Assembly: GCF_006345805.1 (NCBI RefSeq)
Contig: NC_043014.1
Location: 45,074,001 to 45,138,000 of the forward strand
From: Octopus sinensis
Taxonomy: Eukaryota
DNA length: 64,000 bases
Reading direction: 5' to 3'
Part shown: in pieces, positions 1-9,957 of the stretch
How positions within the stretch are numbered: position 1 is the stretch's first letter
Layout of the letters: every line of letters starts with the position of its first letter
Position numbers and translations under genes: made by a program
Notes under the pieces: generated by a model
Databases searched by the model: none
What the model saw: the letters and a program-made list of their open reading frames with translations, nothing else
Told to the model about the DNA's origin: nothing

Positions 1-182
1 CTAGAAATAGTAGGTAGATAGTTCTTGTTTCCTAGGTGACACAATGTCATTGTTTAGCTTTAAATCTGTCCTGATTAAGCATCAGTCCTATGATAACTGG
101 AAGCATTGCAACTACGACTATTCTGCATTGTTTTTTGCTTTCTTTTCTACGTATAATATATATACAACTATATTACCCTCTA

Positions 183-545
183 CTAGCACTATGACCCGGC
201 AACATCGGGTTATAGTGCTAGTGCATGCATATATAGCTGCATGCGTGCACACATACACGTGAGTACTATCCAAATCTCTGACCAATCACATACAGCTAGC
301 AAGCTTTCAATTGGCGTATCAAGTTTCGGGCATTTTGATTGGGTTTTGGATAGAAAATTCACAAAAAGTCACTTCTATTGATTTTTTAATGGCTTTGCAG
401 GGTGACTGGGAAACTGTAAAGATGTGCACGACCACCCTTGGATGGTTTTAAATGACCATAGAAAGTGCTAGCCCTCTAACTGAAAAATTGTGGATTTGTA
501 TAAAGGACACACACGCAGACATTTTGCCATTTATATATAGAGAGA
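183..545 (-). mobile_element. Non-autonomous Helitron, family H1, copy 1
   Basis: On the minus strand: A|TC 5' end at 545 (tctctctatatataaatggc), subterminal hairpin cccgatgttgccggg, CTAG|T 3' end at 183-186, no TSD. Homologous to 30240-30573. Confidence 0.85.
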
Positions 546-745
546 TGTACTTCCTTTTTAAGACATCAGTGTGTGATGATCCAAAGAAGATTTAGTTGTT
601 AAATCTGGATAAAATAATCACATATATATATATATTCCTAATTACAAAAGGAGGTGGTTGGAAAGAAAGTACAGCAGTTTGAAAAAGCAAAAAGAAGATA
701 ACACTTAGATAGCTACAGTTCTATATTTAAGAGATGAGGAATTAT

Positions 746-820
746 GTACATTATTTACATTATTTACATTCAACAGATAGGACAAATATCCGTCGAATAT
801 AAATAATGTAAATAATGTAC
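746..820. repeat. Short fold-back inverted repeat (34-bp arms, 7-bp spacer)
   Basis: 746-779 is the reverse complement of 787-820 with 3 mismatches; acttagatagct occurs as a direct repeat at 703-714 and 819-830. Confidence 0.8.
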
Positions 821-1489
821 TTAGATAGCTGTTATTCTTGTCGGCAACAAAAGGGTTTCTTTCCATTGATGATGAAAGGCAGACACTGTCTGTCTGTCTG
901 ACTCTCTGTATAACAGTATATAATGGATGATGCTCATTGACTAAAAAAGACCTTCAGAAACCGAAGAAATAGGAGTCAAGTATGATCTTTTGAATGTGTA
1001 AAATTAATTTGTATGGGAGTTAGAACATCTAAATGATTCACAGATACACTGATTACCATTTTATCATATTTACCATCTTTCGAAAACTGCACAACCTAAT
1101 GGTATGTAATTACAATAAGATTGATTTAGCTGTCATGAATTATGTAGCCATAGATAGAGCACACAGTAGAGTGACAAGGCATGAACTGCAAACCTCAATC
1201 AGTAGGAGTTTGTCCAAAGCGGATAACCATAAGAAAGCAGATGTTAAATTAACATTGATGACTCATTATACATTGATGAGATTTTTGCATCTGATGAACT
1301 TCATTACCACCTCCAGAAAATAATCAATAAAGATACTGATATGCCATCTGCATCAAAAATAAGGTTAATGACTTTGAAATGTAATGTAATGAAAGGTAAC
1401 CTCTTTTTTTGATAAAGCAATTTTAGCCTTCTATGAAAAATTGATAAAGCGGTTATAACATAGTTTTTTTCTCTCTCTCTCTCTCTCTA

Positions 1490-1950
1490 GAGACAGATTT
1501 GACTAGTTTCTAGTCTTCTTACGCCTTCGTCAGAGAGAGAATATGCATCGCCTGTCCATTGAGCAGTTATAGCTATTTATAGTGTGTACAAACTAAGACA
1601 TAGTTAAACAGGTCAGTATAATTTGCATAATAGTGCATGCTTTGGCAATCATTTGGTTTAATTGGGCCAGTTTAGCAAAGTTTGAGTTTGTACACATTGT
1701 GAACAGCTATAAACAAGTAATTTCTCCATAGAGAGAAGACATATATTCTTTTTATTAAAAAAGGTCTGGAAAGATTGGAAACTAGCCAGATTGATCCCAT
1801 ATTTTCTGTATACAGAGAGATGAAAATCTGTGGTGTAACCATTTTGTTAACTTTTTGCAGTGAAGCTAAAATTGTGTTTATCACAAAAAGTATACCATAT
1901 ATTCCATTACAAATTATTCCAAGACACTGTGTCATGCATTATTAATAGAT
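1490..1950 (-). mobile_element. Decayed Penelope-like element 3' fragment (GIY-YIG C-terminus plus hammerhead-like terminal motif)
   Basis: Minus-strand translation ...NKKNICLLSMEKLLVY...TLLNWPN* resembles the PLE C-terminal C-x-LCL-x-EK...LLN motif; it is followed by CTGACGA...GAAACTAGTC. Confidence 0.45.
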
Positions 1951-2139
1951 TAGTTAATTACTTTATTTCACACAGGAAACCATCTTGTGTACAATGTATT
2001 TTCATGTTATTTTTCTTTGAAAAGCGTATTTTCCAATTTGAGTGTAGCTTAAACAGACCTTCAAACTTACAAGTTTACTAATGTTCTAAGCATGCTTTAT
2101 AGGTTTTAATGACAGGATTTCTCTGCAAAATATCTATAA

Positions 2140-2300
2140 TTAGTCATTGCTGCTGGAATATGCTGCTGCAGTTTGCATACACAGCATATGTGACCGTGAA
2201 GTTCACAAAGGAGTAATGTACATAGTTAAGGTGGCTTGCATGTATGAGATGCGATTGGAGGAACTTGCAAACATAATGACTAGAAAACTGAGTGACAGAC
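2140..2300 (+). mobile_element. Decayed CR1/L2-type LINE RT C-terminal fragment
   Basis: LLEYAAAVC...MYEMRLEEL resembles the CR1 motifs HLEYAAPVW...SYEERLEEL. Confidence 0.45.
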
Positions 2301-2837
2301 TCTGTGCATCCCAAGGCTCTGGGTCACTGAAACAGACTAAGGGTACTTCAAAACGAAGGAATAAAAAAAATGATTGACTGTAATCTCAGCAGCCATTGAT
2401 TTGCTGTTTGGATTAACTGATAAATGGTGTGGTGCTTTACTTAAGAATGTAATACATTGAATGTTTGGACCAATGACATAGGTATGACATGTAAAATCAA
2501 TACATAGAAACATCAGCCAATGGGGCAGACTTTATAAGGTTGCTTAACCAGCTGGAAATGACAGTCAAATCTCTCTCACATTGCACTCCACTGTCTTAAA
2601 AATGGGAAAGAGACAATGTAATACTAGATATCCCTAAACTGGAGTGCTTTGATTATAGAGATGCTCAATCGCGATTGCCCTGATATATTAAACCCCCTCA
2701 AAATATTGTATGGAAAATAAATAATTATAAAACATGTTAAGTATAAGAAAAGTAACTAATAAATTTACATTCATAAACAGTGTATATTCTGGTTTTTGAT
2801 CTCAAGATACTACATTTAATGAAAGAGATAACAGGAA

Positions 2838-3003
2838 CTGAGTTGTTTCTGCCGAGGTCGACTTTGCCGTTCATCCTTTCGGGGGGGGGGGTCAATAAAA
2901 AGTACCAGTTACACACTGATATCGATGTAATCAACTTAATACCTATGTCTGTCCCTGTTTGTCCCTTCTATGTTTAGCCCCTTGTGGGTAATAAAGAAAT
3001 AGA
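2838..3003 (+). mobile_element. SINE family A (octopus tRNA-derived SINE), 5'-truncated
   Basis: Central ccgaggtcgactttgcc...aagtaccag block and tail ccccttgtgggtaataaagaaatag shared with full-length copies in this window. Confidence 0.8.
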
Positions 3004-3584
3004 TATACGGTGCTGCAGATGACCCGACCTCCCACAGAAGCTTGTTAATACATTACCCCTACTAAAACAGTGCTAAAACATGTACATATCTCTCCTGCCT
3101 ATTGACTATTCTCTACCCTCACATCTCCCTATTATCTCTTCTCCTTTTCACTGTAACTAATCTATACTAGTCTTATCTCCCCAGTATTTCTTCTATTCAC
3201 CATACCATGTCATCCATTCTGAACCCCTACTACCTCCCCCACTCATACCTTGCTACCGTTCCTTCCTCCACCCCTCTGAATCATGAAGCCTGAAGGGAGT
3301 GGAGGTGGGATGGGGTGGGGTTGCATACTTGCAGCCTTCACTCACTCTCCCTGAGTCTTCTGTCACCACACTTTCTTCTATTTACCATCTCAGGCACATT
3401 CTTTTGAGAATATACTCTGGCACCTCTTCCTTGTCCTCTATCACACTCTGCTATCACTCTTTCACAACAATACATTCTTTCCATCGCTGGAGCAAGACAT
3501 TTTCTGACCTGTCAAATCTGGTTGGTTCCATGCTAAATAGAAAGTGTTTGTAAAATAATACTGCTGCCACTGATGACAATGTCA

Positions 3585-3725
3585 ATGATGATGATGATGA
3601 TGATGTACACTGCATTTTGCATGTTGCAAATGGGGAAAAAAAATTATGATCAGGAAAGGCATCCAGCTGTAAAATACTCTCACAAAGAGTCCCATCTGAA
3701 CGATGCTGGCATGGAAAAAGCACCA
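3585..3725 (-). mobile_element. RTE-type LINE/SINE 3' tail
   Basis: (GAT)n next to a degenerate catgccagcatggaaaa/aggaaaggcatccagc block that recurs in the window. Confidence 0.5.
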
Positions 3726-3944
3726 CTGCCTTCGTCATCAATTTGAAATAACTATCTTTTGGCTTGTGAAAACTACAGGGAAATAATCACTTATGTCTTG
3801 TCTTATCTTTTAAAACTGTGTACCTACAAGCATGTTATAAACATGTGTACCTACAAGTACACTGAACCACAAAAAAAAAAAAGACAATTTTTTCCAATGT
3901 CATTTTTAATATGGTAAATTCTGGAAATTTATTTCGGGGATATA

Positions 3945-4672
3945 CAGGGGCTAGACAAAATAATGGAAACACCTAGCATCATAGCATCATAATAGTGAAA
4001 TATCTATAAAACCGTCAAAAGCTTGTTTATTTTTGTGTTTTTTTATTTATTATTAGTGTTGCTTAATTTCTTTTGCTAAAATTGCTCTTTCTTTTCAGAT
4101 ATCATCAGAAAAAGTTAATTAAAATTCATTAAGATGACAGATCTATTGAACTTTCAAAGAGGTCAAAAATTATTGGTGTTCATATGGCAGGGGCTAGCAT
4201 AACAAAAACAGCTAAAATGTTTGGTGAATCAAGAAGTACTGTCTCAAAAGTAATGACAGCCTTTGAGAAAGAGGGAGAAACCTCCTCATCGAAACAAAAT
4301 TCTGGAAGAAAACCAAAACTTTCAGTTAGGAACTGTTGGACTCTTATGTGAATTGTTAGAAAGGATCACAAAAGTACAGCTCCCAAAATTACTGCAGAGC
4401 TTAATGACCACTGAGACAACCCAGTTTCCACAAAAACTGTTCACCGGGAGCTGCACAAAGCTGGATTTTATGGGAGGGCTGTAATCAGAAAACTACTACT
4501 TTCAAAAACAAATGTTGCAAAGTGTTTAGAGTAGAGTAAAAACCTACAGGATTGGTTCCTAGAGCAGTGGAAGAATGTTATTTTCTCGGATGAGTCATCC
4601 TTTACCTTATTTCCGACCACTGGCTGAGTATACGTGTGGAGACAGCCAAAAGAAGCATTTGACTGCATGTGC
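3945..4672 (+). mobile_element. Tc1-family element B nested in A, 3'-truncated; transposase pseudogene from ATG 4134
   Basis: TA|caggggctagacaaaataatggaaacacc TIR; translation MTDLLNFQRGQ/IIGVHMAGASITKTAKMFG...SGRKPKLS...WKNVIFSDESSF...VWRQPKEAFD with stops and a frameshift; no right TIR found. Confidence 0.9.
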
Positions 4673-4746
4673 ATCTTGTGGAGGTTATGGGTATAAAAAT
4701 CAACTTGAACTGCATTCCTAGCATTCATAATTTGGATGCATCAGGT

Positions 4747-5780
4747 ATGACCCGATTGTTAACAGTGCAGAGAGAATGAACTATCAGCCAATTGCAAGCA
4801 AGGCAGCATGCCCTGGTTGTTGCTAAAGCATACAATGTCCATGTCAGCACCATCTATCACTTGCAACAGTGATACAACACCAACAGCACTGCAGACCATG
4901 CCCGCAGAGGGTGACCCCAGGTGACCATGCCCAGTCAGGACCACTTCATCCACCTGCAATATGTCCATGTTCACTTCAGACAGGACAGCATGACAGCTTG
5001 TGAGACCATTGGCACTGGACAGCAACCCATCAGCAACAACATGGTATGACGTCGACTGGCTGCCAACAACTTGCATTGCTGTCATCCTGCTTGAGGGCCT
5101 GTCCTCACTGCCCACCACCATCAGGCATGACTACAGTGGACTACACAGCACTGACATTGGCAGCATCAACAATGGAAGTCGATAGTCTACTCTGATGAGA
5201 GCTGGTACTGCGTTTCCACCTCGGATGGCAGAGTGAGGGTGTAGCATAGGAGGGGTGAACACTACAAAGATGCATGTGCCATGGAGAGAGATGCGTGGAG
5301 TGACCAAAGCATCATGGTCTGGGGTGCTGTAGGCCTGAATCAAAGAATTGGGCCCCATGTGTTCCAAAATATTGGTGCAAGCAGAGGGAATGGCATCACA
5401 GAGCAGTGTTACATTGACCAGATCCTAAGACCTCACATCATGCCTTCTTTACATGTCCCTATAGCCACATGTTCTAGCAGGACAATGCACCTTCCTTCAC
5501 AGCCAGGGTCACCATGGACTTCCTGCATCAGCACAACATCAGAACCATGTTGTAGCCAGCTCTCAGCCCGGATTTGAACCCAATTGAACATCTGTAGGAT
5601 GAAATCCATAGATGGCTGAATCAGGTGGTCCCAAGGCCGACAACTCGTTTGGAACTGGAAGCAGTTTTCCTCAGGGTGTGGACACAGGTGCCAGTGGCTT
5701 TTGTGAACCACTTCATGCACTCCATGTACCGACAGTGTATGACTGTTTTGAACACCCAGGAAGGGCATACACGGTATTGA
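4747..5780 (+). pseudogene. Tc1 DD34E transposase pseudogene of element A
   Basis: Hand translation gives SDES, SIMVWG, *QDNAP, *PALSPDLNPIEHL and GHTRY*; 34 codons separate the second D and the E; multiple stops and one frameshift near 5450. Confidence 0.92.
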
Positions 5781-6970
5781 ACGTATCACATTTTACAATC
5801 TTGATGTGCTGAATCTGTCCACTACCAGAACACATGACAATGACCTATAGACTGTTGTCAAAGTGTATCCAAGAAATTGACTTTATCAGATTTATCAAAA
5901 TTTATCTTGGACATAATAAAATTAAAACATATTTCACAGTCACACAGGTCTTTGCGTTTCTTTTGCGGTTCAGTGTATGTATAACATGTGTATGTGTGTG
6001 TATTTGAATCTAATGTGGATGGATACTCATTCAAACAGGAAAGACGGTCATCAATATTTATGGAAGTAAAAATATTCAAAATGCAATAGTTTCACAGTGT
6101 CACTCTGACACGTGCATACACACATACAGATATGCAACACATACACACACAATCACATATACTTAAGTTTCCATTCTACACTGACTCACAGTGAATGAAA
6201 ATAAGACCAATGGTGGGTGGACAGTTAAATGGAGTGGTAATTAGATAAGATTCAGGTGTCTGGTCTATAACTGAAACCTTACCAGTCTATGAGGGGCACA
6301 ACACCCTACCAGCAATTAGTAAGCGGAAAGAGAGATCTTTAGTGTTTTAGTAAAACACAGAAAAGAACAAAGGGGGAGGCAGGAGGGGGGTGAGAAAGAA
6401 ACCAAAGGCTATATAAAGAACATGTAAGGTTATAATTAAATTTGCTGTAATGATAATGACGATGCCGATATTGATAGTGATGATGGTGATGAATGTAATA
6501 AGGAGAAGGAAGAAGTGGAGTGGAAATGAAGTAGGAAAAAGAAGACATTGTTTTTATATTTTTTATTAATGGTCTTATAACTGTCCTGGCTACAGAGTTT
6601 TTATTAATAAAAATAATGCTATATTATTAATAATTTTAATCAGATAGTATATTGCAAAATATGAACAGATTTGTTTTCTCATTTAACAATGATAATGCCA
6701 GAGCGAGTGAGCCATGTTTATGGAAAATATCTCTAGGAAAAAGCATTACTGTCACAACACCGCATTTTTCTTTTCTTTAAAGCATGGAGTCTTTGTTTTT
6801 GTTTTTTTTTTTGTTTTTTTCATGAAAATAAATCAATATAATTTTAAAAAGTGAATGAAGAAAGCACTCAGCTTTTGAGAGTAGGAACTGACAAAAGTAA
6901 GAGAGCTCTTAACACTTGTTTTAACTATATTTCCATTATATTTTGTTAGCTTATAAACATTACATATAGT

Positions 6971-7270
6971 CATCCTTTAACTTTTGTTTTCCATGCTGAA
7001 TGGTTCAACATGATCGAACAAGTCAGAGGACTGCACTGAGCTCCAATGTCTGTTTCAGCATGGTTTCTATGGCTGGATGCCCTTCCTAATGCCAACCACT
7101 TTAAAGAGTGTACTGAGTGCTTTTTTCCGTGGCATGTACATTAGTGAGGCCAACAAGGAACTTGCAAGACAAGGCCCCTCAGGGTGCAGTATTGAGGGAA
7201 ATTGTTTTGTGCCAGGTTTTGAGAGGCTAAAAATAAGAAAGAAGGCCAGGAATAGGTGCCTTGCTGTACA
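6971..7270 (-). mobile_element. RTE-type LINE/SINE 3' region
   Basis: ggtttctatggctggatgcccttcctaatgccaacc block shared with 57085-57283, 60340-60585 and 19125-19311. Confidence 0.7.
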
Positions 7271-7335
7271 GGAAACACACAGCTACTCAAGCAGGGAAGG
7301 TAGAAAGGATGGAGATGAGGTATCAGAATATACCC

Positions 7336-7572
7336 ATTTCTTTACTACCCACAAGGGGCTAAACACAGAGAGGACAAACAAGGACAGACAAACGGATTAA
7401 GTTGATTATATTGACCCCCAATGCGTAACTGGTACTTATTTAATCGACCCCGGAAGGATGAAAGGCAAAGTCAACCTCGGCAGAATTTGAACTCAGAATG
7501 TAGCAGCAGGCGAAATACTGCGAAGCATTTCGCCCGGCCTGCTAACATTTCTGCCAGCTCGCCGCCTTTCAT
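7336..7572 (-). mobile_element. SINE family A, full length, 18-bp TSD
   Basis: tRNA-like head (A/B-box-like) at the right end; TSD aggtatcagaatataccc at 7318-7335 and 7573-7590. Confidence 0.92.
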
Positions 7573-7599
7573 AGGTATCAGAATATACCCTTTCATTAA

Positions 7600-7818
7600 C
7601 CCTTTCATTACTGTATTAATTTTGAAATGCTCTGTGTTTCTTTCAATTATTTTAAATATAACAAAGAATTTAGTAAATTAACTTTGTTATCATTAAGCTA
7701 GTGTTAGGAACATGAATTTTAACTAAGATTTGGTGGAAGATTTGAATTCAAAACTTATGAAAACAAGACATTTATACTAAAGAGCCAGAGCCAGTTTCAG
7801 CTGGGTTGGTAACGAAAG
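7600..7818. mobile_element. piggyBac-type MITE
   Basis: TTAA|ccctttcattac left end and ggtaacgaaag right end (inverted match); the terminal ggttaa is missing. Confidence 0.55.
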
Positions 7819-8579
7819 TATGAGAAGGTGGAAAAAGTGAGAATAGGAACAAAGAGTCAAGGATAGCTGAATGGGTAGGTTAATGGGTGAAAGGAGTGAT
7901 AGATTGTTAGAGATGGGGATGTAGGTGAATGCAGTGAATGCAGAAAATGAGCGGTAGTATGGTCAATGGTAAGTCTCAGTTTTGTGAAGAAAGGAAAATA
8001 GGAGTGGATCATGAAGGAAGGGGTGGCAGGAAATAAAAGGGGTAGGCCACATGCAGCAGTGTAATAAAACTGTACATAGACGGGTAGGGAGATGATGTGC
8101 ACTCCTGGCATTTCAGCTTTTCCCCAAATTTAATCTCCACTTACTGAATCACTTCTATAAACCAGAAACCTAAAATGTAACTTGCAAATGATTTTTCAGC
8201 TCATTTTCTAATGTCAGACTAATTGCAAAGTTGCACGAAATCTTGTAAATGATACTGTTTCTAAATAAGATTCCTTGTACATAAAGCGTCCTACTTTTAA
8301 GCCTACTCTGTTTTCAGCTAGTCCATAAGCTTCAAATGGGATGAAACTGGATTCAAAGACAGGGAAGTCTTCTCACTTTCAGCAGGTTCACTCCACTGAT
8401 GTCTAAACTTTCAGACAAGCGTAGTTGGATGGATGGCAGCCAGTCACTAATTTCCTCTTAGCCATTTTTATGAGGCCATAATGAGGAAGATGGTGATGGT
8501 AATAGTGCTGGTAATTATTGAGGTAATGTTTGTAAGGATGGTAACGAGAAAGGTAGTGAATATAGTAATGACAGCAGTG

Positions 8580-8596
8580 ATGGTGATTATCATGAG

Positions 8597-8635
<39 letters not shown>

Positions 8636-9070
8636 GAGATGGAAAAGGGGAGAAGAAAAGAGGAAAAGTCAGAGGAGTGTAGTGTTGTAACTTCAACTTG
8701 GAATTATATAATGCAATCTGCTGCTGCTGCTGCTACTACTACTACTATTGATGCTACTGCTTTTGAAGTGTAGGCAATTTCAGGAGATGAGTAACAGCAA
8801 CAGTAGTTTGAATTGTCCATTCCATTGCAAGATTGTGATATAGTGGATAAAATTGAGACCTTGCACCAGAAACAAAGATATTCCATGTTTGAACACAGCC
8901 AATGTGCGTGTGTGTGTGTGTGCGTGTGTGTGTGTGTGACTCTGTGTGTGTGTGTGTGTGTGTGTGTGACTCTGTGTGTGTGTGTGTGTGTGTGTGCTGT
9001 GTGTGACTGTGTGTGTATGTGTGTGTGTGTGTGTGCGTGTGCATGCGTGCGCGCGTATGTGACTGTGTGT
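8580..9070. repeat. Compound microsatellites (GAT)n, (GCT/ACT)n, (TG)n
   Basis: Directly visible; accounts for ORFs 8403-9175. Confidence 0.9.
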
Positions 9071-9361
9071 AAGAAAAGATCCACTGAAGATGACTGGAAA
9101 GTAGATCAAATGAATCAGACAAACAGAGACATGAAATACGAGGTTAAAAGTTCAGAAATTTCAAACTGTATATAATCAGTTTGTTTAGTAAATCCGCAAC
9201 ACATGGAAATAGATAGAAAATGTGGAACTTATGGAGATAGAAAACCTTATTTTGTTTGGTGGGGATGTCGGTAAGCTGATGATTAGAACTGACAATTCAA
9301 TGTTTCAGTGCTAAAAAGCATTTAGTCATAAAGATGATATTAAGATATTTTTTTAAATTTT

Positions 9362-9478
9362 TTTTTTATTGCCCACAAAGAGCTAAACAAAGAGGGGACA
9401 AACAAGGACAGACAAAGGGATTAAGTCAACTACATCGACCCCAGTGCGTAACTGGTACTTAATTTATCGACCCCGAAG
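9362..9478 (-). mobile_element. SINE family A, 3' half
   Basis: cccacaaagagctaaac...ggtacttaatttatcgacccc matches the family A tail. Confidence 0.8.
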
Positions 9479-9624
9479 AAGAATTATGAACTTGGAAGAA
9501 ATTACAGAATACTAAACTGAGACACTTTTCTCAATTTTGTTTGTAACTTCTAATTTGTGTATTCAGATCCTTGAAATTTGCCTCTCATTTCTCTGTTTTT
9601 CTTTTAGTCATATTTCGTAAGCAG

Positions 9625-9957
9625 AGCAAGGGTCGTCTTCTGGTATAACTTTGGGGCTGACCAAAACCTTGTGAGTGGATTTGGTAAACGGAAACTGAAA
9701 GATGCCTGTCGTATGTGTGTGTGTGTTTAGGTGTTTGGGTGTCTTTGTGCCAGTGTTTGTTGCTCCACCACTGCTTGACAACCAATGTTGGTGTGTTTAC
9801 ATCCCTGTAACTTAACAAAAGAGGCTGATAAAATAAGTATCAGGCTTTAAAAAATGAGTACTGGGGTCAATTAGTTTGACTAAATGTCTCCGAGGTGGTG
9901 TCACAGAACCCCCAGCATGGCCGCAGTCTAATGACTGAAACAAATAAAGGATATAAC
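9625..9957 (+). mobile_element. SINE family B, older copy
   Basis: ccttgtgagtggatttggtaaacggaaactgaaag...cccagcatggccgcagtctaatgactgaaac. Confidence 0.8.

Larger units (their letters stand above)
3860..5975 (+). mobile_element. Tc1-family DNA transposon (element A), decayed
   Basis: TA|cactgaaccacaaaa at 3860 and cttttgcggttcagtg|TA at 5975 (TIRs plus TA TSD); contains a DD34E transposase pseudogene. Confidence 0.9.

Noticed and set aside
5190-5200. CTGATGAG hammerhead core word
   Set aside because: It is the S-D-E-S codons of the Tc1 transposase, with no downstream stem II or GAAA.
8403-9175. His-rich, HT-repeat and CV-repeat ORFs (similar ones at 19352-19630, 35263-36392, 46992-47366 and 53554-54033)
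   Set aside because: These are readings of (GAT)n, (CA)n, (TG)n and (TA)n tracts or of SINE bodies.
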